Below the pieces are notes generated by a model. It did not search any database. It was not told the DNA's origin and saw only the letters and a list, made by a program, of their open reading frames with translations. The position numbers and the translations under genes are program-made. A stretch of 64,000 nucleotides of DNA from Tubiluchus corallicola (lineage: Eukaryota > Animalia > Priapulida): assembly GCA_030141605.1 (NCBI GenBank), contig JAQGDQ010000057.1, forward strand, positions 496,001 through 560,000. Direction: 5' to 3'. Positions 1 to 13,100 of the stretch are shown piece after piece. Within the stretch, counting starts at the first letter, position 1, and each line of letters starts with the position of its first letter.

Positions 1-755
1 AGGAGAGGTTGCTTACAGTGATGAGCTCACACATCTGAATATGACTGCTATGCACTTTATTTCCCAGTTCAGAGAAATAACCTAACGTCTTTCATCTTTT
101 ATTATGAACCACATTCTTTTAAATGTCACAATTATCTCACATTGCAGTACTAAGCCACTGATATTGAGTACGGAATGTGGCTTGCAGTTTATCAATAACA
201 AAAACTAATGACAGCGGCATTACAATAAGAAAACAACAACAGCAATCATAACAGCAACAACTGCAATTGTTAATTAACATGAGGTACATTAGGTACTAAA
301 AACTTTGTTGGCCTACTGAGCATTCTAAATATATTAGGTGACCTTAATAAATTTTTCTTTTTTAAAATAAATTAATACTATCAGATGGACAGGCTTCACT
401 TTTTTGATCAACAAGTTTTGCCAATGAAACAATAATACTGCTCGAATGCTTGTAAGGACAACAGGAAAGCAGCTATACTGTAGGTGCAGTGTAAGAGGAA
501 TAATAGATTTTTGAAATTTATGGTCACATTGTTATTGTTTTATTTGACCCGCGTCAACGTGGAGTTTACCAACGTTTGAGAAGGACTGATGAACACTGAT
601 CATGATTACGTCACTCAAATATTATTATAATTATACTATAATTTTATGGAATAACAGCTACGCCTGAAAATGTTTTTGCGTGTTACTCGAGATACTTAGC
701 TCGCGCGGTGCATCTGGCGGAGAGGTAAGTGAGTGTTCAACGAAGCATAAACATC

Positions 756-3700
756 ATGGCAGCGTCTGCTAAATTGAAGGAGTTTTATACCACTGGCAAA
801 AAAATAATTGGAGTTGGTCGCAATTACAGGTAAAATTTAATGTGCTGAATAGATAATCCTATACAACTGTTTAATGTTGCAGTGTGTAACGTGCTGCTTT
901 CATTTACATACGTAAATTATAGTGATATCGGATGCAACAAGTTTGATTTGAAATACCTTTATGAAAATAAAATTTTTGCGATTCCATTTCAATAAGGTTA
1001 TCAGAAATTTTAAAATAGTTTAGATAAAAAGTAAAATTACTGCAAAATTTACGTAATTCAAAGCCCAGGTCACAGGTGTACCAGCTTGCTTCTTTTATGT
1101 GTGGAAGCGTAATATACTGACAACCATACGGTTATATAGACAATTTTTTTATAACCATATGTCTGGCAAGGCAACAATAATGAATATTCAATTAATTACA
1201 ATTTGGGTTTGACTCAAAGAAAAGAACATGTATGATTTTTTGAAGGTCATATGGGATGTGTTTGTAACCGTCCTGCGGATGTCAGTGATGCTTCATTTTC
1301 TTTGACCAATTTGGAAATAAGATTTTCAATAGACTTTTTAGGTCCTTAAGATTATAGTGAGTGAGACAACCACTTTCAATGGTGGCAAATTGCACATCAC
1401 ATTTCACAGGGAATATAAGCTGCTGTGCTTCTTGGTGCTTTACATAGTAGAGTCAACCTGGTCTGACTAATAATGACAACTGTTTGTGTGGCAGTGTGTA
1501 GTGAATTTACTTGCAGGTCTTACACTCGCCTTTCAGTTCAGTAATGTTCAAAAGTTTACTTTGTACTTCTAGAGTGTTAAGTTCGTTAGTCCAAGTTTGT
1601 TGCGATAGTATTAAGTTCAGCTTCTGTTGTTTCTCTAGCTGAGGGAGATAAGGCAAGTTCATGATATCTTTATGATACTGAGCTGACAGCATGGTATTCC
1701 ACGTGAGATTTAGCTAATTCTTTAGAGTGTGGTTGATTTTTCTCTGAAGTTTCTGCAGTTGATTAACTGATACTTCATTCACTGCTAGGCTGAAATTTAG
1801 TGATGGAGCTAGATAGTGAGCATAATCCATAATTGTAGTTGGACTTTATTGCTTTATTGTTGATATTTTCTAGAGCAGATTGAACTTTGTCTTGTAATGT
1901 AGCAAAAGAATGTTTCTTTGTTTGCTGAGGAGTAGATGTAGCAAATGTAGCACCTAACAATTTGAATTTGATTGGATCTTCCCAGATGTGCTGTCAATTT
2001 CTGCTTACAAGTTTGGTTGCCATGTTAGGTTCGATGAAAGCATTAGTCTGGATATATTTCGAATTTAATATCAGAACAGACCTTGTTAAGGGTGTACAAA
2101 AGTTCTTTGTGTTTTCCAACCTTTTGAATGAGTATGGTTAGATCATCTACATATGCTAGGGTATTTAGTGGCTGAAATTTGGTAAATTTTAGTTCACTAC
2201 TCTATCCTGAACCTTGTTACGAAGGTAATCTAAGATCGGATTAAATGCCATGACAAACAGAGGTGATAAGGTGTCCCCTTGGAAAAATACAACTGTAGCA
2301 AAACTTGCTTGCAAAGTCTAAGACACCTAACCATAAGACAGTTTTTGACGGTCTATCATAATATAAATTAACATAAATTTCGGCTATCCTAAAAAGAAAT
2401 TCTTTATTACCATTAGTGATCTAGGTAAACGAGAAGATGTTTGTTGGACGTGTTTTGGAACTAATGTCATGGCTGCACTGAACTTAGGCCAACTAGTACT
2501 AAGTTTTTCATCAAATCCACTTTATTGTGAAAGCGAAATGTGCTGGAAAATTTGATCAGTAAAGAGTGAGTTTGCAACTGTAAATGTAAACAAATTTCCA
2601 AGGCTTTATACGGTACGTCGATTCCAGGAGATTGACAAGATGTAGAATTGAAAATTTGCTTTTTTCAGCATTTTGACTGGCCATTTTGAAATTTCTGCCC
2701 ATTTCAACTAGGCTGGCGATCCCATAATTAAAGAAAACCCATAATAAAAAAGTGACACAATATTTCAGTTCATTCTTGCATCTTGAGGTGAAAAAATGGA
2801 AAAATACAAACTGTCAATAAATAATATGATTGTATTGTATCTTATAACCTAATGCTAACACATTCACTGATAAGCTAAAAAAATGCAGTAGGTGAAAGAA
2901 AGCAGACATAGAAAACATACTGTAAATAAAAACCACAAATACAAAACACACTAGTTTGTAACAGCAACACACAGGTAGGAAGCAATAAATGTCTTTATAC
3001 TCTCCCAACCTGTTACTTTTCAGCACTGAATGTCCTCACTTAATGCTTTCCGGCAAAATGCAACGTTAAGCGAAACATTGTTAAATGAAGTCAAGACTTT
3101 CATAAAAAGAAATGTAAAAGAACTTAGATGTTCCAGAGACAATGCCAATGCTGCTTAATTTGTATAAATTAAATGTTCTATGAGTTTATTCATAATCCTA
3201 CTGATTAATTTCTTTCTGCTTACTTGAAACCACATATCTTTTTCTTATCGCTTCTCAAATGGCACTTTCTCTTTCATTAACGTGGAAGGCTTATGCAATT
3301 TCGTCTAGATACTGGTTGCTATAGCAATAGGTTTTAGGTAAAATTCCATTGCATATAGTTTTCACCCAGGTGCTTGGAGGCATTTAAATTGAATTAATTT
3401 TTTTTACTGTTCATAGGGATCTTATAGCTGAATTAGGGCAGCCTGTTTTGCCGAAACCACCAGTATTCTCGAAGCCTACAACTGCTTATGTTAGACAAGG
3501 TGATGATATTTTAGTAAGTATTGGTATTTGCATACAATGTTTCGAAATCTTGTTTTTTACTCCAAAATGTTTCTAATACTCTGGAGCATCATAGATCCAG
3601 TTTGTAATAATAATCAAAAAAGCATAAATGCATGGAAGGATTTACTAGATTATCTGTTAATTTGTTAGTGGATTAGGCCTAAAAATATATGTTTGTTTCA

Positions 3701-4825
3701 GAGTTGTTGTTATTTTACACTATGAGTAGGTAGTGATTTTCTTTTTTTGCCACGTGACAATGTCAATGTGAATTTACCAGATTTTCTAATGAGATTTCCA
3801 CATCTTATTTTGATAAGTTCACCACTCTTTTTCACATAAATAATTCATTTAAAAGTACATTTTTTATTAACACATTTTAATGAACCTATATTAACGAGGG
3901 TAAATGCATATCAATTTTTTGCACAATGATGTAAGAAAATAACAATATGTGTGGTTGTTAGACATGGTATCCAGGCATCTTAGATCATTTAAAATAAAGT
4001 TTTTAGACTATTGTTCGGCCATACTATCGAGTAAAAGTAACAAATCTGAAGGAAAAGTATGGGTAAAGAATACGTCACCACATCCAAACCCAGACAAGTT
4101 ACATATACAATTACCTGATTATTAAGTAAAGCTGATTAAATCACATGAATCAATTCTTGGATAAATGCCTCTTTAGTACTGGACAGTGGACAGGCATAAT
4201 TAAAAACAGAACAAAAACAAAAGCTAACACAAGCATACTAAAACTCAGAATGCAATACAATAAAAAACTTCGTGCATAGACTTTGTTTCCATTTTTCTTG
4301 CAGAATTTTTTCTTTTTTTCATTTTCAAAGATTCCATATGGTAGCAACTATTTGTATTATGAAGTTGAACTTGGTGTTGTGATTGGACGACATGGTAAGA
4401 ACATTCAGCAAACTGAAGCAATGGAATATGTAGGTGGATATGCACTAGCACTGGACATGATTGCACACGAATTACAATCCTATGCCAAAAAGAATGGTTA
4501 TCCTTGGCTCATAGCAAAAGGCTTTGACACATCGTGTCCGGTCAGTGAGCTGATTTCGACCTCACAAGTTCCCAATCCGCATGACGTCGAGTTGTGGCTA
4601 AAGGTTAATGGTACCATAAAACAGAAGGGAAACACATCTAACATGATGATGACAATACCGGAACTACTGAGTTATGTTAGTCAGTATATTACTCTAGAGG
4701 AGAGTGATTTGATACTGACTGGTACACCTGCTGGTGTAGGACCAGTGTATCATGGTGATGTAATTGAATGTGGCCTCGCCCAGCTGCTTCAGATGCAGTT
4801 TACTGTAAAGAATGCACCAGTTTAA
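756..4825 (+). CDS. FAHD1: FAHD1-like fumarylacetoacetate hydrolase domain protein (acylpyruvase/oxaloacetate decarboxylase family), 3 exons, 221 aa
   Basis: Exons 756-829, 3417-3513 and 4331-4825 join in phase with GT-AG introns (74+97+495=666 nt). The translation MAASAKLKEFYTTGKKIIGVGRNYRDLIAELGQPVLPKPPVFSKPTTAY...YYEVELGVVIG...GGYALALDMIAHELQ...PWLIAKGFDTSCPVS...LILTGTPAGVGPV carries the FAH-family motifs GRNY, FxKP, ExEL, DM, AK and TGTP. AATAAA at 5063-5068. Confidence 0.92.
1060..2290 (-). mobile_element. Degraded non-LTR retrotransposon fragment (RLE-type, R2/NeSL-like) in FAHD1 intron 1
   Basis: Minus-strand remnants read FQGDTLSPLFVMAFNPILDYL, LAYVDDL (RT motifs) and a downstream PDIW-like endonuclease remnant, broken by stops and frameshifts. 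Boundaries are approximate. Confidence 0.55.
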
Positions 4826-5989
4826 TGTGATATTATACAAATTTCTTGATTACATGTCTTCACAGTCATGTCACTTACGAGCCAATTAAGGTGAAATAGT
4901 CGTGTTGCTCAATGTATTATATTAGAATCAGTGCATAAGGCAAATTTTACAACAGCAATAATTGCTTGTCTGCTCACTAAGAACTGCTTAATCTTGTTTT
5001 GATTTTATACTGATATTTTATGTGTTTTTTAAAACGTTGTATCCTAATCTTCCAAATTAACAAATAAAAAACCAGTGATGCAGTCCTACTAGTATCAGTA
5101 GTCACTGCAAAATTTAACCAAACCGGACTTTGGAGCCTCAACTAAATCGATGGAGCCTCAACTAGCTCTGGTAGGCGGTTGTCTCAATCATTAATAACCC
5201 TATGTTATACAATTTGAGTGCCTAGTGGTGTTAGCTCGTTGTCTTAATAGTGTCCGGTCATGACCTCTCAGGTTCCTGGCAACTCCTATGTTCTCATCAC
5301 GTATTAGTGGGTCGTCTTTGCTGGATTTATCAATCCTGTATAGAAAACGATAATGTCTGCAGCAGAACTGTTCTTTAGCTTCCAAACTGAGTTATCATGG
5401 TCTTTCTGAATGTGTATTCCATATTTAGTCCTTGGGACTAATTTGGTGGTAGTTTGCTGTATTGCCTCAGTAGCTTTGAGATGACATACAAGATGTGAAC
5501 TCCATACCATTGATGCATATATTCCAGATGTGGTGCAACAAAACATATAGCAACAAAACATATATAGCCTTCTAAACCTTATTGTTATGCATGAATCTTA
5601 GAGTTTTGATGACGATTCCTAATTGTCTGTTTGCACTTTTTACATTTTTAAAAATGTATCTGTCAAAAAGTTGTTATCCACACTCTTTTTCGACATGTAC
5701 AGGCCCATGTTCACACATGCTGTTTTTGCCTGGTATGTAGTATCTGTGTTCCTCGTTCTTGTGGTTGTTTATATGTAATACATGGGTTGCACTCTTCGTG
5801 TAAAGATTCTGAAACTGGTCTATGTTAGGTCCAGCAGCTTTGTATGGTTTTATTTTCTTTAAGATTGACCGTAGTTCATATTTCGTAATAAAAATATATT
5901 GAAGTGGCAGAGTTAATAACTGTTTTTTGCCCTAGTGCAGGAAATATTGACATACCTTCAACAGTATATTTCTACATTGTACTGAACAG

Positions 5990-6800
5990 AAAAAAAACTT
6001 GTCTATTAGGTACAGAATGCTGATGTTGCCATCATGTCTTCTCTTAAAATACATTCAGAATTTCTTAGGGTTGTCCTTAAACTCCATTGTCAAGTTATTT
6101 TCGTTTTGGTATTATGCATCTATCATGAGATTACATGATTATTCTTGCATTCTGTATAAACTTACCAGTTTTGGTCAGTTTTGCAGTAAAGGTATTTCTT
6201 TCACAACCTTTTTTTCAGCTATCAGCTTATCAACATTGTTATTCCTCTAGAGGTGTGATATAATTTAATTCATTTACTCGTATGTATAATTGATTTTTGG
6301 TATAGTATTATATTTTTGTATAATTTCTATAGAGTACTGTACCATGGTTACATCCATGGCTGTAGCAGTGCGTTTATCGGTCTGTACTTCAATAAATGCC
6401 ATTCTAGGATTATCACGAAATGCTTGCTTTTCTCTTTAATTTAGTATCTGTCAGAAAATATGATAGCTTCCAAAAAGATACTTTTAAATTTTGCCAGGTC
6501 ACTTCGATGCTAGAATTTAGCTGGGCACACCAGTCTACAGACTGCAGCTTTTGTCTGAAGGCATCATAGTTGCCACTTTTGAAGTTAAATTTGATCACAG
6601 GTTGACATTCAGTAGACTCCTTGCAGAAAACACTACCTAGCATGCAAATTTCTACCACCAGGACATCATGGTCTGATTTTTCAATCGGTGTCACTTGCCA
6701 CATATTGTCAGTTAGGTGTGGGTAGTTAGTAAGAACTAAATTTAAGAATGCAGGTGTTTGTTCATGTCTATGACTAGTTTCATTCTTTACCTTCTGTTCA
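5990..6800 (-). mobile_element. Degraded CR1-type LINE ORF2 fragment (end of the APE endonuclease plus linker)
   Basis: Minus strand reads ...FLNLVLTN...PIEKSDHDVL (LDLVLTN/SDH APE motifs), NFKSGNYDAFRQKLQSVDW...TWQNLK and DNPKKF, typical of CR1 ORF2. The frame is interrupted. Confidence 0.7.
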
Positions 6801-7002
6801 AGGCTTGCCGTGATTGACAGAAAACCAGGTGCACGCCACTGTTATCGGCTGCATGGACACTATCACTTTCCCAGTTTCTCAGCAATTAAAATCGCCTGCT
6901 ATAAACATGATGAAATCACCTCTTTCCATTTCTCAGATGCTTGTATCGTGGATTTAGTAATTGGTGCATTTTTTTGCCAGATTAGGCTTCTCATGATGGT
7001 GC

Positions 7003-8683
7003 GTGGTAAGTTTGGTACTAGTAAGTTTGGTACTGGTAATTTTGGTACAAGGAAATTTTGGTACCGGGAACATTTGGTACTAGGAATTTCTAGTACGCGG
7101 AAATTTTGGTACTGGGAAAATTTGGTACAGAAAAAATGTGACACTGGTAAATATGGTACTAACGAAGTTTTGACAGGCATGCCGCATTTTTGGTACAAGT
7201 AAATATAGCATAAGGTAAAAATAGTACGGAACAAGTTTAGTATTGGGAAAGTTTGGTACTAGGAAAGTTTTAGTTCTACGATAATATATTTTATGTAGCC
7301 TATATCCTCGAACCACTTATAGGGGCTCATATTGTTGCATTTGTTTTTTATTAATTTTGTTTTTGTTTGCGTCCTCTTTATTTGTTTTTGTTATTTGCCA
7401 TTGTTGTTGTTGTTGTTGATGATGATGTTGTTGCTTGTCTGTTTCTTACTTGATCTTTTTTGTGATTACTACTACCACCAACACCACCACCATCATCATC
7501 ATTATTGATGTCATCATGTCACCATTGTTACTGTTGTCGTTTTCTTGCTGTTGTTATTGTAGATGTTGTCGTCGTTGCTGAGGTTGTTGTTATTCTTGTT
7601 GTATGTTAGTTTCTTGCTTGCTGTTTTTGTTGACCTCATCATCATCATTGTTGTCATTGTTACATTTGTCGTTTTGTTGCTATTACTGTTGTTATTGTTG
7701 TTGTTTTTGCTGTTGCTGCTGACAACAGTGATGACAGTGACAAGTACGACCATGATGATGACACGCCCATCTCTGCCACTGTCACCACTACCAAGAGCAA
7801 CATCATGACAACATTACGCCATCATCGTCAGCACTGCCGGCGTGAAAAAGAACAATTCTCACTCCATTCTGTGGCCTTCTATGCTTATGCAGGACATTTT
7901 TTTCAGTGATCGGTCATCATTGCCACGTTCTTATATTAGATTAATAATGTTTGTATAAAAACACAGAGAAAACGATTGTTTTACTCGAAAAAAACAAATT
8001 AACTGAGCTTTTCGAAAATTTGCGTGTGAGTTGAGATCTTTCATTTTTTGCTGAAAGAATTCTTAAATGTACCTACATGGGTGGTATAATCACGGATAAA
8101 ATTTTAGCTATCATGCACTATTTATTCCAGTAGAAGATTTTATGAACTCTTTAATAAACTTTACTTTCCAATTACCAGATTTCCTCTTTACTGAATAAAC
8201 TTCTTTATTTCTAGTTGAAACAATAATACTGAGATATAGAAATGCTTTCCTTTTCGGAATCAAATTTTCCAGTACCAAACTTTCATATTATATATTTTCC
8301 CCCTACCATATTTTCCTAGTACCAATATTTCTTAGTACTAAACAATCCTGATATCACAATTTCTTCGTACCAGATATTCCCACACCACTTTTTCCTAGTA
8401 CCAATATTTCTTAGTACTAAACAATCCTGATACCATAATTTCTTTGTAACAGACATTCCTACACCACTTTTTCCTAGTATCAATATTTCTTAGTACTAAA
8501 CAATCCTGATACCGTAATTTCTTCGTACCAGACATTCCCATACCACTTTTTCCTAGTACCAAAAATTCCTTGTACCTAAAGATTGTAGTACCAAATTTAC
8601 CTATACGAAAATTTTAATGCATACCAAAAATTCCTAGTACCAAATTTTCCTAGTGCCAAAATTATCTGTACCAAACTTACCAC
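7003..8683. mobile_element. Foldback-like non-autonomous DNA element with long, internally repetitive inverted arms
   Basis: The left end GTGGTAAGTTTGGTAC (7003) is the exact reverse complement of GTACCAAACTTACCAC (8668-8683). The arms (about 7003-7290 and 8260-8683) are built of ~15-bp TTTGGTACTAGGAAA-like subunits in opposite orientation. The right arm has three 79-bp higher-order units (8311-8560). No TSD identified. Confidence 0.65.
7395..7830. repeat. Degenerate trinucleotide microsatellite (GTT/GAT/CAT)
   Basis: Runs of gttgttgtt, gatgatgat and catcatcat; these explain the spurious poly-L and poly-N ORFs in the ORF track. Confidence 0.85.
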
Positions 8684-9682
8684 CAAGCTTTCCCACATTC
8701 TCTGACGATATACAATTTTAGACGATATAGGCTTACAACTTTTTTATAGTGTTGAAATCATCTTATAATTGTATTGAATTGCTATGCCAAGACATTTGAT
8801 CTTAGTTGCGCACCTTTTAAGCTATGTTACAATATTCTTACAGACTAATATGCAAGTCATCTTCATAAGCTACAGAAATACCTGTTTTATCTAGTGCTTG
8901 TCAGATTTGTATTTTGTTTGTGTGTCACTGTGTATGATTTTTTTGCAATTCCTGCTTTAATTTGGACTAAAAGTTCATTGACTGGAATGTGTTTCTTTTG
9001 TTTGTAACAAATAAAATGATTTAATACTTGATTTAAATATTCCTTGGAGTCAATTCAACTAAAAATATAGCATTTAATATTACATGTAATTTTACTAACA
9101 AAACGAAATAAACTTTAATTTGTTTGCCAGCTGGCAAAAACGTTATCAAAAATTTGTTTTATTAATAATCATAATAATTTGTCACATTATTTGCGCCTTT
9201 ACATCAATAATCTAAATAATCATAATAATTTGTTTGCAGTAATTTTACGTTGACTCCAAAAGGTCAGCAGCCGGTCGTAGCAAGCACTAACAAACAACCC
9301 TAGAGCTGAAAAACCAAAGTGTAAAAAGAGAAACTGCGAAACACTTTTGTTACGTTTTTCGTTTTTGCGATTAGCGGCTATACTGGGGGCATCAAACGGC
9401 GCATTATTAAAAAATTTTGAGCAACGCATTGACTGTAATCATAATATTCTAAGTTCACCAATAATGTTGGCATACGCGCAATTTCAATAAGCCAAAATCA
9501 CTTTTGCATTTTTAATAAAAGAAGAATATCTCAATTAAAAGCAATTTGTAGTTTGAAAAAACTGAAAACATTTAATGAAAAGGGAAAAATTGTAACTTGT
9601 AAAAATCTGCCGCTAGGGCGACACTAACTACGCGAACTGCTGCGCAATAAGTTCCTTACTTTGTTTTTGTATACTTTGTGCA

Positions 9683-9923
9683 AAACGGGGAAACCCGTTT
9701 CGGGCGTAGCCAATGGGGAGCTAATCGGCACTGCACCCTTTCACTTAAAAAATGTATGCGGTAAAACAAAAAAGCTACCCTCAAATAATCATAATATGTT
9801 TCTGTTTACTTGTACTCCAGAAACTGTTACTATTAAATGTCAGCACTCAGCAGCCGCTAGCCGGTCGTAAAAAAGGTTTGCATATATGTGGAGCCGCCCG
9901 AAAAACGGGGAAAACCGTTTTTC
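9683..9923 (+). promoter_or_regulatory. Putative promoter of the tandem-STING gene with two kappaB/Rel-like sites
   Basis: CpG-enriched island upstream of the ATG at 10095. GGGGAAACCC at 9687-9696 and GGGGAAAACC at 9907-9916, each inside a short palindrome. CCAAT at about 9710. Confidence 0.4.
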
Positions 9924-10094
9924 AAATCGCGGTGTTTGCATCGTTCTTTCAAACCTCGTTGTACGAGTGATTGCTAGAATTTTAGAAAACAGTCAGGTTT
10001 TTTGACATACGATTAGATTAGGTCGTATTGGGTTATTGGAACCGCGTTTTTTTAAAATTATAGAGTAAACTGCTGGAAATCTTGCTCTTGAGAA

Positions 10095-10179
10095 ATGGAC
10101 AGTGGTGATTTTCCTCCGGATGCTGCCCAAGGATTGGCTTGGGGATATTTCTTGGGATTTCACAACATAATTTTGCCAG
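10095..10179 (+). CDS. STING: Tandem STING exon 1 (start plus dimerisation helix of domain 1)
   Basis: [29 protein letters not shown]. The ATG has a strong Kozak context (GAAATGG) with an in-frame TGA at 10089-10091. Donor GTAAGT at 10180. Too short to appear in the ORF track. Confidence 0.88.
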
Positions 10180-13100
10180 GTAAGTGGCTCTGGAAGAGCG
10201 CCTGTTCGAAATGTAACTGAGCATTTATTGTAATTTTGTAAAGTTGCATGTCATGATGTTATTTTTTTAACTAGCACTCAGTAGAATGAGTTATTGGCGT
10301 TATGATCTGTAATTTATGTTGATACTAGTTTTTATATCATAGTATGTAGCGTATATGTCATTCTACTAGAGCATTTTGTTGTACTTTGTCAAACTTATAT
10401 TTTTGTATAAACTTCTGCTTTAGTTTTAACTTCGGCTCATGGTTGACTTGGTGACCATTAGGCATTAGTCTTTTCACCACCTTCTCCATTTCTGTGTTAA
10501 CTGTTATTTTGATTTTGTTGTTTTTTTGCAGTAAAAGAAATTAATAATAAAATATACATGTTCATTCAGTCTTAGAGCCCACAGGTCAGATGGCGAAAGG
10601 CCTGATGGAATGGCTTTAACTCCTTCGACTGAGGGTAGTTCACTTCTTTGGGATATCACTTGTATGGATACATTGGGCACCTTCAAATTTAGGTGGTTCG
10701 GCAGGTTATGCGGCTTAATTAGCTGAAAATAGAAAACGTAGTAAATACAACCAACATTGCATTTTGTGCAATTGCCATTGAAACCTCTGGCACCCTTGGT
10801 ACTGAAGGAAAGAAGTTTATTAAACACATTTGGCTAGCTTGTGCGATTAGAAAATGACAAATTGGAAAAGAAAGAATTAAAAAAGTGGATGGAAAATTGC
10901 TATGACGAAGAATCGAAAGCGGCAGTTACAGCCTGATTTTCAGTGAGTCAAATTTGAGGCCCTGCATGAGTCATGAAATGGACGGGGCTTCATGCTTTTT
11001 TTTAGGCTGGATCTGCTCTACAGTTTCTGGGCTGGGGCAAAATTTTTTGGTATGTGAGTAGGTGGGGTGTAGGGCTTGTGCTTGGCTAAATATGGGCCAT
11101 TTGTGTACAGGAAAATGTTCTGCTAGGAGACAAAAACTGAGGCCGTGGGGTCAGGGCAACAATGTCTTGTAGTGTATCAAATGAAAGGCCTCGATGAGGC
11201 GAACCGAAAGGTAAGAGTTGCACCCAAATTGGTTGACCCCTGACCCGCTAGGGAGAAAAGAATGAAATTGAAGAAACGTAGGCACCAATGCTTCAATGTC
11301 AAGCACCAGTAGCTTGTAATGTATCAAATGAAAGGTCTTGATAAAAGAAATTAAGGGGTATGAGTTACACCCAAATTGGGTGGCCCTGAACCCTTAAAAG
11401 GTGAAAACCAAAACTAGGGAGTCAGGGGGACGAATGCTTCAAATGTTAAGCAATCAGTAGGTTGTAGTGTATTATGAAAGGTCTTACGGAGACGAATTCA
11501 TTAGTGTACATTGACTCGCATATATGATTGACCCTTGATTCACGTAGAACTGATCAAAAAGTAACAAATGTTGTCATTGAAATTATTATTGTCAAGCACA
11601 ACTTTCTTACGTACATATTGTTAAAGGAAAACCGGACAAGTGATTAGACTCAGTCTCATTTTAATTTACTGTTCAAAATGTACATTTTGTTGCCTATAAA
11701 AGTTAGGAATTGTTTCTAACATTTGAATAATTACCTTGGAAAGTTAATTAACGGCAACCGAACACAGCTATCGCTTATGTCACAAACTAACCACAGTTTG
11801 TACAATGGTAGGCCGCTTCCATGTGTGTTAAGCACTTTTGCTTAAGCAAAGATTGCTATAAGATGCTGATGTGATGTCACAAAAATGAGCTCTACGCACA
11901 CAAATGCTGCAAGTCATGATCATGCTTACCACGGTACTGCGCCTAGTTGCCGACCACGCGAATGTGACAAAAAGACATCATTGCCAGTCATAGTGGATTT
12001 GCTGAGCCGCGCATAGCTTTGAAAACTTGTTTAACAAAATTTAACTATCCGTGGTAATTATTGTGGTAAAAATCTGTGGCAGTTTTCAATATTTTAGAGC
12101 ATACTTTATTTTGAACTAATGTCTACACAATTGCCCGGTTTTCCTTTAAATATTTTGGAAAAAAAATTTATGTCTAAATACGAAATGTTGCCAAACTTAT
12201 GTCACTTGAAGTATCTCATGTCACAGTTTTTGATTCACGGGTCACTAGTTATGAGTCAAAAAATATATACTAGCTATGATTTGTAACACACACACTTCTT
12301 TTAGGCTAAACTACTGTATTGTGGCCTTTTTTCATATGCTTGCAAAGTACCTAAAATTGATTTGGAAAGACCAAGGAAAATTGTATAAGGCTCTTTAGTA
12401 AAAATAATAATAATAATACTTGAAGAATTTCTCGTGCATGTAGTAAAATAAAATGTACTCTTTCAAGAAAAAATCGGTTTACTAATCAGAAGTCACTTGG
12501 AAGGAACCGGTATCGATATCTGACCAACTTCAACTCCAGCTTAAAACATTCAAGAGAATGAGCTTAAAATATAAACATGAATGCTGTACCTTAAACTACC
12601 TTTACTTTTAAAACTTTTAATATAGATTCTACCAGTACTAGTTAGTTAGTCGGGTTAAATAAAATATCTTAAAGTGAGGAATTAAGAGTCAGAAGTAGAT
12701 TTTGATGTGCTTTTATGTGGTTCCACATATTTTCATGGATGTAGCATAAATACACATAATTATAGAACAATACTGTTGTTCGTTCTAGTGTCTGTTCTGA
12801 CTTCTAAATCAGAACTGACACCTAAAAGACGCATATAGAACTTTCTTGTCACAATTATACAAACACACGCTATGTCATGTTAGTTTGTTCATTTACTGAT
12901 AAATTTCTGTGTCCTTGTTTTGTTAGTTTGGGCCCCTGGACTATGAGGCCTTGGGCTGAAACCCACTTAGCCTATGCGTTAATAAGACATGGCCCACATG
13001 TTAATAAAACACAGCCAGTAGCCTGCAGTCAAAATCATCTTTTGCTAAAAAATTAAATTCCCTTTTTTCTGTCTGGTTGCCTTTCAGAAGTCTGCTGAAA

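Noticed and set aside
1-45. Possible 3' end of a C/D-box snoRNA (GTGATGA...CTGA)
   Set aside because: Truncated by the window edge; such short motifs arise by chance and no terminal stem can be checked.
7563-7808. Very hydrophobic ORF upstream of STING as the missing transmembrane exon
   Set aside because: It is the translation of a (GTT)n microsatellite inside a foldback-like element, has no STING TM similarity, and the in-frame TGA before the STING ATG blocks joining via the good acceptor.
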